From assembly GCA_027858235.1 (NCBI GenBank), contig JAQIDC010000028.1:77184-137242 (forward strand): 60,059 nucleotides of DNA, read 5' to 3'. The stretch comes from Patescibacteria group bacterium. Its GTDB lineage: Bacteria > Patescibacteriota > Patescibacteriia > Patescibacteriales > BM507. Each line of letters starts with the position of its first letter. The stretch's first letter is position 1. Under the pieces are notes generated by a model, which saw nothing but the letters and a program-made list of their open reading frames with translations, was not told the origin of the DNA and did no database searches. Positions 24,746-33,068 of the stretch are shown here, in pieces. The position numbers were made by a program, and so were the translations under genes.

Positions 24746-26797
24746 TTAAACAGGGGTAAAATCACATTTACAGTTCGGATGAACTGGTATCTCTCCCTCG
24801 ATTGATTTAATAGTCCACTCTTTACCAGATTGACCTATACATACCTCACAAGCATCAGGCGATAACAACCATTCAGCGCTGGTAAATCCATAATGCTCAT
24901 ATGTCTTCCTGTGAGCCTCAACCACTCCTCTGGCCGTTTCTGTTCTTGCTATCATCTCCGCTCTATAATCTTTTGCAAAATCAAATACTTTCTCTACTCT
25001 TAACCTTAATTTCTCCAAACTCTCCCCATCATCTACTCCCTCTTTCATTTCCTTTTCAAAATCATTAATAGTCGTGTCTGTTATAATTCTCCCAGACTCT
25101 CGGCTTACTTTTCCCAACCACTCTTTTATAAACTCCATATCAATAACCATATTCTCCCCAATAAGCTCGCTTGCTCCAGCCACTCCAGCCATAACTGTTT
25201 CATAAATCAAAGGATCAATTACTGAAATTACTGTCTCTAGCTCATATGTCATATTTATTCCGTGTTTTGTTAAAACATCTTTCTGATAGTTATCTTCAAT
25301 AGATTTTATAAATCTCTCTTTCTGATCTTCAAAAAATTCTATAAATTTCTTTTTCCATATCTTCTCCATTCTTTTCTCATTGTCCATACGGATTTTATAA
25401 AACCTTTCTTTTTGCTCATCACTCAATGTTTTCTTTTCAACAATTTTTAAAACTATTCCCTTTTTATTAATCAAACTGTTTGCCATTTTATTGCTTGCTT
25501 TCTCTCCAAGTTTTCTAAGTTTTACATCTCTGTTTAATATTCTTCTTTTAATTTTCTTTTGCAGTTTTAAATTTACTCCTCCCGATCTTAACGCTTTAAT
25601 CTTTATAGTCTTTGTTTCTTTGCCTCCAATGATAGGCATACTAGATAACGGCATATAAATATAGTCTCCTCCGTTTATCGGTTCAAATCCCTCTGACTCT
25701 CTTATCTCATTGGTGGTCATCCATTTATTCCAAGATGCCTCTTTTTTCTTTAAATCCATTTCCTCATCTTCTTTTGCTAAATGCTCAAATCCAAGCCATA
25801 AATCCTTGCCAAACATTGGTACTAAAAATTCATTAATCTGCTCAATCATCTCTGTGGCCAAAGGTTCAAGTGTCCATTTATTAAATACATATTCAGCTGC
25901 GATAGCACTTGCCCTGTTAACATCTTCAAATACTCCCAGTACAGGTTTAGGCACTCCAAATATTGATAATATTTCATCTCTATTCATTTTCCTACTTTCA
26001 ATAAAATCTAAATCTTTAGGGGGTATTGTTACTGGTTTAAATTTAATTCCACCCTCAAGCAATTGAACATTGTGCGAATTTTCATATCCCTGATATTTTT
26101 TTCTAAATTCCTTTTTTAATCTTTTAATCATTTTTGCATCTGCGTTGCCCTCCATTTCCAAAAAACCACTTGGTCTAGCATCGTTTTTTAAGAGGTTGCT
26201 GTTTGACTGTAAAATATAATCATCATTTTGTGCGGTCATTCTCACAGCCTCAATAATCCCTATACCTTTATCTGGGTTCTTTGGATTATAGTTTTTTAAA
26301 AACAACACCTCCTCTTTTTCAAATTCTTTTTTGTATGATCCTATCTCATATGTATATCCCAAAATATTTCCATTATCATCTTTTTTAACTTTGAAATATT
26401 CTGGTCTAGCTATATAAATATTACTTGGTGTTTTATCTGTTTTATTAGTCTTGCTTAAAATCCAAGGACTAGCTCCAAGTAAATCTCTGTACACCACACT
26501 CAACTGAATAAAATTATATTTAGTCATCTCTGGATTAATCCTATACAAAAGTTCTAGTAATTCATGTTCAATTATTTCTTCTACTTCGCCGTTCTTTTTA
26601 AGTCTATAAAGTTTAAACTCTATTTGAGCTAATCCCATGCTTCGTCTAGACACACAGGCATACACCCAAGACTTATAAAAATCCAAAGCATCAGTTTTGG
26701 TAACCACCGATGACATAATTCCTGAATTAACAAAAAACGAATACGGTACTGCCTGCTTTCCAATTATTTGATTGTAAAATCTTTTTACTAAATTCAT
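24746..26797 (-). CDS. Portal protein fused to an SPP1 gp7 / Mu F-like head morphogenesis domain
   Basis: 683 aa. N-terminal HK97-type portal features (..KSWVYACVSRRSMGLAQIEFKLYR..). The C-terminus ..ARTETARGVVEAHRKTYEHYGF..CEVC..IPVHPNCKCDF is the MuF signature. Confidence 0.85.
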   Translation of the reverse strand: MNLVKRFYNQIIGKQAVPYSFFVNSGIMSSVVTKTDALDFYKSWVYACVSRRSMGLAQIEFKLYRLKKNGEVEEIIEHELLELLYRINPEMTKYNFIQLSVVYRDLLGASPWILSKTNKTDKTPSNIYIARPEYFKVKKDDNGNILGYTYEIGSYKKEFEKEEVLFLKNYNPKNPDKGIGIIEAVRMTAQNDDYILQSNSNLLKNDARPSGFLEMEGNADAKMIKRLKKEFRKKYQGYENSHNVQLLEGGIKFKPVTIPPKDLDFIESRKMNRDEILSIFGVPKPVLGVFEDVNRASAIAAEYVFNKWTLEPLATEMIEQINEFLVPMFGKDLWLGFEHLAKEDEEMDLKKKEASWNKWMTTNEIRESEGFEPINGGDYIYMPLSSMPIIGGKETKTIKIKALRSGGVNLKLQKKIKRRILNRDVKLRKLGEKASNKMANSLINKKGIVLKIVEKKTLSDEQKERFYKIRMDNEKRMEKIWKKKFIEFFEDQKERFIKSIEDNYQKDVLTKHGINMTYELETVISVIDPLIYETVMAGVAGASELIGENMVIDMEFIKEWLGKVSRESGRIITDTTINDFEKEMKEGVDDGESLEKLRLRVEKVFDFAKDYRAEMIARTETARGVVEAHRKTYEHYGFTSAEWLLSPDACEVCIGQSGKEWTIKSIEGEIPVHPNCKCDFTPV

Positions 26798-28173
26798 AAA
26801 CTTGTTATTTTGGGTTGTGGTTGTTTAGCTATTTCAAAATACATTCTAAACATCAATGCATCTGCAATATCTGGCGACCGTCCAATATTATCTCTAATTT
26901 TATCTTTATCTTCTAACGCAATCTTGCTATCCCTATCAATGTTTTTTTGTTTAATCTGTTCAAGCTCTTCAATCAACAAATGTTTAATTTGAATATCACT
27001 TGGCTCATTAATTCCTATTTTTCCATCTTCAGCAAGTTGAGCTAATTTGAAATAACACTGTGTTTTTAAATTACTAAAATTTACTTGTTTTGTTTTATCT
27101 CTCATAGCCTCTTCGGGTTGAATTGCTTGCGAGTTATTTATAAACCCGACACTGCCATCAATCTGATCAACTACTCCTCCTCCAACACCATCCTCGTCCA
27201 ATATAATATGCGACCGTCTCACTTGTTTCCGTTCAGCATATTTTATAATCCACTCTGCTGACTTAGCTGTATTTTTCTTAATGTCATAATCCAAGGCTAT
27301 TATTTCTTTAACTTGCAATCCCTCCCAGTATGTAATAACCATTTTATCTCTGCCTTTTCTAGCTACGTCCCCTGTAATAAACCTCTCTTTACTAAACTCT
27401 GCCTTGTTAGTAAATAAATCACTGATAACGTCATAGTCGAACAAACAAGATGGGTCATCATCATAGTTCCAATTACCAAGCAATAGTCTCTCTCTTGTTG
27501 CCTTATCCTTAATGCTTTTTAAATTATTAATGTAATGCTTTGAAATGTATGGATTATCAATCACCAAGGCTTGAACAAACTTCTTCTCCGGCTCTAGTTT
27601 TTTGTCATCCCACGGTTTATAAAACTCCTGATATACCCATTGCTTGCTTGGATTACATGTTCCTAGTATTTTTGGAATAAGATCAAACTCATCCAACTTA
27701 TATCTAATCCTTGACCTAACAATGCTCCAAGCCTTAAATGTTATCTGATTAACCTCATCAACAAATGCTCCTGATATTTCCAAACTACCTAAACTATCAA
27801 AATTCGGGTCACTCGGATACAAAAATAAATCCTTTAACAAAATTGAACTGCCATTTGTAAACCTGATAACACCCTCAATTGAGTTATACCTGAAGTCCTC
27901 CTCGTTCCTGATGTCCCACATTTTACAAAGATCAAAAAATGTCTGTAGCGTTGTCTCTTTTAAACTTTTCAACTTTGACCTACCCATTAACCATCTGCTA
28001 CCGGGATACTGACCGCACATAATAATCAACCAAGCACAACCTAATAAACTCTTACCCCCACCTGCACCTCCACCAAACAAAATCTCAAATGTACTTTGGT
28101 CAACCAAATAATTCCATGCCTCACTCTGTTTTTTTGTTTGTTGCCAATTTATTTCCATTTTGTTTGCTTCCAA
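26794..28173 (-). CDS. terL: Terminase large subunit
   Basis: Walker A FGGGAGGGKS near the N-terminus, followed by a C-terminal nuclease region. Precedes the portal gene with an ATGA overlap. Confidence 0.9.
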   Translation of the reverse strand: MEANKMEINWQQTKKQSEAWNYLVDQSTFEILFGGGAGGGKSLLGCAWLIIMCGQYPGSRWLMGRSKLKSLKETTLQTFFDLCKMWDIRNEEDFRYNSIEGVIRFTNGSSILLKDLFLYPSDPNFDSLGSLEISGAFVDEVNQITFKAWSIVRSRIRYKLDEFDLIPKILGTCNPSKQWVYQEFYKPWDDKKLEPEKKFVQALVIDNPYISKHYINNLKSIKDKATRERLLLGNWNYDDDPSCLFDYDVISDLFTNKAEFSKERFITGDVARKGRDKMVITYWEGLQVKEIIALDYDIKKNTAKSAEWIIKYAERKQVRRSHIILDEDGVGGGVVDQIDGSVGFINNSQAIQPEEAMRDKTKQVNFSNLKTQCYFKLAQLAEDGKIGINEPSDIQIKHLLIEELEQIKQKNIDRDSKIALEDKDKIRDNIGRSPDIADALMFRMYFEIAKQPQPKITSL

Positions 28174-28540
28174 CAGTCGATATATTTATCTTGAACGTTC
28201 TGCCTTCTTCATTTTTCAACTCAACACTTTCTTTGGCTTTACCTAACTGTCTATCTAAATACTCTTTAATGGCTGTAATATTTCCCTTGGCACCCTCTCT
28301 AAAAAGAACTGTCAACAATATTGCTACCCTTTCCACTTTTTTGCCATTTACCTCTTCTACTTCCAACCCATGTCCCTCGATTAATTCTTTCATTTTTCGA
28401 ACATTTTCATTGTCTATCTTAAGCTTTCTGCCTGCACCTTTCCTTGCTCCGCCATGCTTCTTTTTCTTCCTTGGTTTTGAATTTTTTTTCAAGTTTTCAA
28501 GTTTAGGCTTTTTTTGCTTTTTGTCCTGTGTAGTTTTCAT
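28121..28540 (-). CDS. Terminase small subunit candidate (basic DNA-binding protein)
   Basis: 139-aa K/R-rich ORF immediately upstream of terL. Positional call. Confidence 0.4.
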   Translation of the reverse strand: MKTTQDKKQKKPKLENLKKNSKPRKKKKHGGARKGAGRKLKIDNENVRKMKELIEGHGLEVEEVNGKKVERVAILLTVLFREGAKGNITAIKEYLDRQLGKAKESVELKNEEGRTFKINISTVGSKQNGNKLATNKKTE

Positions 28541-29741
28541 ATCTTTTTATAATTACATCAACATATTTCGGGTCTAATTCCATTACGTAACATCTCCTGT
28601 CTAATTGATGACAAGCCATTAAGGTAGAACCAGAACCTCCAAATAAATCAACAACAATATCATTTTTTTCACTACTCTTTTTTAATGCTCTTTCTGGTAA
28701 TCTCAAAGGTTTTTGTGTTGGATGCACATAATTCTGCGTAACATCTCTTTTCTCATACCAAACATCTAACATCTCTTTATAATCATCAAAATCAAAATTA
28801 AATACGTCTTTTAAATTAGTTATTTTCTTATTTTTATAATGTGTTTTCTTTTTCTTCCAACCAAGCATGCAAGGTTCATATTGTCTGTGGTAGTCTTGTC
28901 CTCGACTAAATACCATTGAATTCTTAAGCCAAATTATGATTTGACTCATGTGCCAATCTGCATTCTCAAAGGCAAATCTATTAATATGATTATTTTTATT
29001 AGCAAACCACCAATAGATAGTCACATCGTCAGTTGTAAAATGAGAAAGGTTGAATAAAACATCAGTGTAAAAATCAACGCAGTCTTTATCGCTTTTATTA
29101 TCATTAAATATTTTTCCTCCAGTTCCCCCAAACTTAGTTGAACTATAATCAAGCCCTCCAGGTGATTTATAATCAACATTATATGGTGGATCAGTAAAAA
29201 TCATTCTCCCCAGTTTCCCATCCATTAATTTCTCAACATCCTCCCTTATTGCTGAATCACCACACATTAATCTATGCTCTCCCAGTTGATAAATATCTCC
29301 CAATTTTGCAACCGCCTCTTTTATGCCATCGTATTCTTTTTGTGCATCAAACTCATCTTCTTTAATTTCAATAATTAAATCTATGTCAAAGCCGGTAATC
29401 TCAATCTTTTCTTTATCCAGCAACTTTAATTCTTCAATAACCAAATCCATATCCCAGTCACTCTCATTGAGTTTATTATCTGCTAATCGATAAGCCCTTG
29501 CCTCTTGCTCGTTTAAATCAACAACTATGCAAGGAACTTCCTTTAATTCAAGAATTTGAGCTGCTTCATACCTCCCATGTCCGACTATAATAATATTCTT
29601 TTTATCTAAAACTATTGGCTGATTAAAACCAAAATCTTTAATACTTTTAGCAATCTGATTAATTTGTTTAACCGGGTGCTTTTTTGCATTCTTCGCGTAA
29701 GGTTTAATCTCTTCAATTTTTACCAATTTTTCATTTTTCAT
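28503..29741 (-). CDS. ParB-like nuclease domain fused to an N6/N4 DNA methyltransferase
   Basis: N-terminal ParB-like ..NQPIVLDKKNIIIVGHGRYEAA.. Then FTDPPYNVDY (motif IV), followed by FGGSGSTLMA (motif I), i.e. beta-group order. Confidence 0.85.
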   Translation of the reverse strand: MKNEKLVKIEEIKPYAKNAKKHPVKQINQIAKSIKDFGFNQPIVLDKKNIIIVGHGRYEAAQILELKEVPCIVVDLNEQEARAYRLADNKLNESDWDMDLVIEELKLLDKEKIEITGFDIDLIIEIKEDEFDAQKEYDGIKEAVAKLGDIYQLGEHRLMCGDSAIREDVEKLMDGKLGRMIFTDPPYNVDYKSPGGLDYSSTKFGGTGGKIFNDNKSDKDCVDFYTDVLFNLSHFTTDDVTIYWWFANKNNHINRFAFENADWHMSQIIIWLKNSMVFSRGQDYHRQYEPCMLGWKKKKTHYKNKKITNLKDVFNFDFDDYKEMLDVWYEKRDVTQNYVHPTQKPLRLPERALKKSSEKNDIVVDLFGGSGSTLMACHQLDRRCYVMELDPKYVDVIIKRYENYTGQKAKKA

Positions 29742-30117
29742 TTTTTGTAAATTTTATAACCAAGAGTTTATCAATTTCTCTATTGTTAAATTTTCCATCT
29801 TTTAATATGTTTTTAAATACTTTCTCAAGCTCAATTATTATCTCTCTAACTTGTGGTTTATAAGGACCAACTCTTTTGCCGTCATTGCCCTTGACTCCTT
29901 GCAACCCTCTAAGCAATGGATCCTGTTTAACTTTTACATGTTTGCTTATACTCGCATTCTCTTGGTCACCATTCTTATAAAATATTGCAATCGGCAATAC
30001 GCCAATTAAGAAAAAATCTGTGATCTGTTTGACTCCTCCTTTTTTCTTTTTATATTCATTGTTGAAATCAACTCTTAAATATAAATTATTTCTAATTATT
30101 GTTTTTAAATTTTTCAT
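29731..30117 (-). CDS. Hypothetical phage protein
   Basis: 128-aa ORF in the early/replication module. Confidence 0.45.
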   Translation of the reverse strand: MKNLKTIIRNNLYLRVDFNNEYKKKKGGVKQITDFFLIGVLPIAIFYKNGDQENASISKHVKVKQDPLLRGLQGVKGNDGKRVGPYKPQVREIIIELEKVFKNILKDGKFNNREIDKLLVIKFTKNEK

Positions 30118-30845
30118 AGTCGGTCTTTGTTCGGTCTAAAAAACTTTTTATAACCTGCTTTTTTAGCAAGCCCCATTGCACATGCTCCTTTATTTTTTGC
30201 ATCCGTGCTTTCTGAGACATCAATTAATATATTAATAGTTGTCTGAAATCCAAGCTGGTTCACCACCTCAACCCATGCCTTGATATTTTTTATATCTTTA
30301 ATTCTTTCCAAGTGATATTCCAGTTGTCCTCTTTTAATATCTGTTAATGGTTTTATATATTTTCTAACAACGTTAACGTTGGATTTAATAATATGATTAT
30401 TAGTATAATGATTGTGTTCTTTTTCACGAACGGTAGAGGGGGTTATCCGTTCGTTTTGACGAACACTACCGTTCGCTTTATCGAACGGTGTGGATAAAGC
30501 GTTCGATTTAACGAACAGTTCATCAACTTTAGCTGTCAATTTTACATAAAATTTATTTCCCTCCCTTTGTGTTTTTAAATATCCCTCATTGCTTATTTTT
30601 TTAATTCTTTCTGATATTCTGCTTTTTGACTTAACTCTAAGCAACGGCATCTCCTCCATTAAATAGTTAAAATTTACCCACGTGTAGCCGTTCTTGCGCT
30701 GTTTTTCCACCCTTTCGCTAAGTGATGAGCATAAATAATACAAATAATCCAAAATCGCCCCATCTGCTATATCGAGCGAGGTATTAGCTAAAGCCATTTG
30801 GTTGATGTTTATATTGTATTTCATGTGACAAGCATGTGAGTACAT
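30114..30845 (-). CDS. Phage replication organizer/initiator candidate (winged-helix N-terminus)
   Basis: 243 aa. Sits downstream of the AAA_24 ATPase gene in the early operon. Contains a cluster of DNA-level iterons in its linker region, similar to the arrangement in the lambda O gene. Confidence 0.45.
   Translation of the reverse strand: MYSHACHMKYNININQMALANTSLDIADGAILDYLYYLCSSLSERVEKQRKNGYTWVNFNYLMEEMPLLRVKSKSRISERIKKISNEGYLKTQREGNKFYVKLTAKVDELFVKSNALSTPFDKANGSVRQNERITPSTVREKEHNHYTNNHIIKSNVNVVRKYIKPLTDIKRGQLEYHLERIKDIKNIKAWVEVVNQLGFQTTINILIDVSESTDAKNKGACAMGLAKKAGYKKFFRPNKDRL
30368..30520. repeat. Origin-like element: 14-bp palindrome, AT-rich stretch and seven alternating CGAAC/GTTCG iterons
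   Basis: CAACGTTAACGTTG at 30368-30381. AT-rich stretch at 30386-30415. CGAAC at 30427, 30460, 30482 and 30512. GTTCG at 30449, 30471 and 30501. Spacings are 22, 11, 11, 11, 19 and 11 bp. The motifs fall in different codon phases. Confidence 0.45.
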
Positions 30846-30944
30846 TTATAGACTTATGAAACAAGAGGTGAATTCAGTCGAAACCGAATCCTCGGACTAA
30901 GCCGACCTCTTGCCTCACAAGGCTATAAAGCCCTGTGTGTTTTA

Positions 30945-31151
30945 TTAAAAAAACAAAAATGTTTTATATGTTCTAGGCTTTCCAACATTAAGCTTTCTTT
31001 CAATTTCTGCAATCCGCTGACTATCTCTTTCATTCTCTCTTTTCACAATTTGCCTAAATTCACCAAGCAAATAATTCCTTGATTGAATTCTTGATTTTAA
31101 TCTAATCTTCTCCGAAATTAAATGCGGAACGCTTGGTGTTTTACTTAACAT
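30945..31151 (-). CDS. Hypothetical small phage protein
   Basis: 68-aa ORF overlapping the end of the ATPase gene. Confidence 0.4.
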   Translation of the reverse strand: MLSKTPSVPHLISEKIRLKSRIQSRNYLLGEFRQIVKRENERDSQRIAEIERKLNVGKPRTYKTFLFF

Positions 31152-32301
31152 CTTTTGCCCCCCTTCTAGTTTTACTTTTTACCGTTTTTTTTTGGATCAC
31201 CTTCTCTTCTGCTTTATCAGGAAATTGATCGGCAAAATAATTAATAATAGCCTCTTTTAGTTTTTCAAGCCCGGGTGCAAGCTCAGCTAATCCTTTCCGC
31301 TTAATCTCCTCCCAACTATTTGTGTTAAACACCTTTTCGCATATTTCTATTCTTGATTTTTTATCAGCTGCACCACTGCTTGGCCAAGCCTTAACTAATT
31401 CATTGGTAATTTTTTCAAGTACTATTTCCTTACTCCTGATATAATCTCTTTTATCCTCTTCTGTCTTGAATAGTCCGCTGGAATCGGTTTCTTGAGCTTC
31501 TCTTTCATCAGGATCAGATAGCATCTCATCAATTGCCGGTTCAAAGTTTTTGAAGGTAGGATTTATAAATGTTTTGCCGTCAATAAGAGTTGATCTATCT
31601 TTTACGATCGTAGCCTGTCTATAGACTTTTTTATCTCTACCCATAATTTCTTCAAATCTTTCCATTAAAACTAATATATCAGGCTCATAAGCTGTCTCAC
31701 CCTCAACTTTCATTTTTATACCAGATTTAAAGATTTCCCTTTTTCCAGTTTCCGCGTTTATCTCATTTTCATACTCGAACCCAGCTCGACCGCACATAAT
31801 GATATTATATGGATCTCTTACTAATGGATCGGAAAATTCAGACTTCCACATTGGCTTTAATATTCCCCAATCCTGAAATTGAAGATAATTCCTCTTCATC
31901 TTTCTTTTAAAGGCCTCAACTGTATCCTCCCAAACATGAGAAATACTATCGATTATCAAAATGTCAGATACTTGCTCTTCTTTCAATAGTCTCATCGTTT
32001 CTTTCAGGTCTGCTAATGTCCTTGATTCTTTTACAAGTAGTTCTATGCCAGCTTCTTTAAAAATAGTTTTTAAAAATTTAGCTGACTTTTCTGTGTCGAA
32101 CATTACAACTGGTTTCTTTGACTTAATTTTTTTGTGAAGACCAATTGCCACTACTGCTGATGTGTATGTTTTGCCTGTCCCAGCAAAACCTTCAAACGCC
32201 GCCTTAAAATACGGTTTAGTGTTGGCAACCTCCATAAAGAAGTTACCTAGATAACCAGTTTTCTGCTTTAAAGCAGTTCTGGTAATTGTTTTAGTTTGCA
32301 T
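31141..32301 (-). CDS. AAA_24 / Sak4-like phage ATPase (RecA-fold)
   Basis: Walker A GFAGTGKTYTS and Walker B ILIIDSISHVWE. First large gene of the early operon. Confidence 0.7.
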   Translation of the reverse strand: MQTKTITRTALKQKTGYLGNFFMEVANTKPYFKAAFEGFAGTGKTYTSAVVAIGLHKKIKSKKPVVMFDTEKSAKFLKTIFKEAGIELLVKESRTLADLKETMRLLKEEQVSDILIIDSISHVWEDTVEAFKRKMKRNYLQFQDWGILKPMWKSEFSDPLVRDPYNIIMCGRAGFEYENEINAETGKREIFKSGIKMKVEGETAYEPDILVLMERFEEIMGRDKKVYRQATIVKDRSTLIDGKTFINPTFKNFEPAIDEMLSDPDEREAQETDSSGLFKTEEDKRDYIRSKEIVLEKITNELVKAWPSSGAADKKSRIEICEKVFNTNSWEEIKRKGLAELAPGLEKLKEAIINYFADQFPDKAEEKVIQKKTVKSKTRRGAKDVK

Positions 32302-32482
32302 AATTTTTCTTGATCAACCCCCTAAAAGGGTGGATATTATTAATTTGTTAAAATCATTTTTAGCTTGACTAATAATGCCAAAATTGATAGGTTTGTACTG
32401 AAATCTCTTGAGAAGACTGCATTATTTTCCTAAGAGATATTCATCGCATCTAAGACATCCGCTCCCACAAAGGGCGGGTGTC

Positions 32483-32626
32483 TTATTTTATTTGACCTAA
32501 CCTGTGTCTTGCGTTTTCAAGCATTTGCAAATCACGCCAAATATCATAAGGTTCAAGAGATCCTCCTAATGGATAGTCTTCGCAACATTCAACCACTTCG
32601 GCGACCTCTTGGGGTTTTTGATTCAT
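32483..32626 (-). CDS. Small acidic ORF (47 aa) with a strong Shine-Dalgarno site (below the ORF-track cut-off)
   Basis: AAAGGGGGTGAttatATG. Translation: MNQKPQEVAEVVECCEDYPLGGSLEPYDIWRDLQMLENARHRLGQIK. Confidence 0.4.
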   Translation of the reverse strand: MNQKPQEVAEVVECCEDYPLGGSLEPYDIWRDLQMLENARHRLGQIK

Positions 32627-32691
32627 ATAATCACCCCCTTTCTAGTTATCCCGGACTCTGCCGAAATAAATTATTTTATTAAATTGTTAAA

Positions 32692-32877
32692 CTACTTTTT
32701 GACTATCCTATAATTCTTCTGTAAATATATTAATTCCTCAACCTTTACTTCCAATGTACTTTTTTCCTGCTTCTGTTTGAATGGATTTAAATTCTGTCTT
32801 ACCAAATCAATGACTGTGGCTAAGGTCCCAAAATAATCATCACTTTCAATATGGAATTGTAAATTTTTCTTATCCAT
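32692..32877 (-). CDS. Hypothetical small protein at the prophage edge
   Basis: 61-aa ORF. No obvious Shine-Dalgarno site. Confidence 0.35.
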   Translation of the reverse strand: MDKKNLQFHIESDDYFGTLATVIDLVRQNLNPFKQKQEKSTLEVKVEELIYLQKNYRIVKK

Positions 32878-32882
32878 AAAAA

Positions 32883-32934
32883 AAATCCATAAAAAATTAA
32901 TTAATCACCTTTTTAATTAATTTCTTATGGATTT
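32883..32934 (-). terminator. Long AT-rich inverted repeat (22-nt arms, 21/22 paired), terminator-like on the minus strand
   Basis: AAATCCATAAAAAATTAATTAA / TTAATTAATTTCTTATGGATTT with an 8-nt loop. On the minus strand it is followed by a U-run. Confidence 0.4.
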
Positions 32935-32996
32935 ATGTTTTTATCCACAAAATATAGTATCTCTAATATTTTGTGCCAAAATGCTCTAAAACCAAT

Positions 32997-33034
32997 CAAA
33001 AAGGCTACAAAATATTATTTTGTAGCCTTTTTTA
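32997..33034 (-). terminator. Rho-independent terminator of ftsZ (bidirectional shape)
   Basis: Perfect 11-bp stem GGCTACAAAAT / ATTTTGTAGCC with a 3-nt loop, flanked by A- and T-runs. About 35 nt downstream of the ftsZ stop. Confidence 0.65.
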
Positions 33035-33068
33035 TGCTAATATTGCAATATATTGAACGATTTTACCC

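Larger units (their letters stand above)
11644..32935 (-). mobile_element. Siphovirus-like prophage (replication, packaging, HK97-type head, tail and lysis modules); no integrase seen; boundaries approximate
   Basis: About 35 contiguous co-directional genes with canonical phage module order and many 4-nt start/stop overlaps. Flanked by terminators at 11584-11612 and at 32883-33034. Confidence 0.8.

Noticed and set aside
30862-30912. tRNA-like or att structure in the phage early intergenic region
   Set aside because: It is a long hairpin with no D/T-arm consensus or acceptor-stem geometry. It is reported only as a structured RNA candidate.
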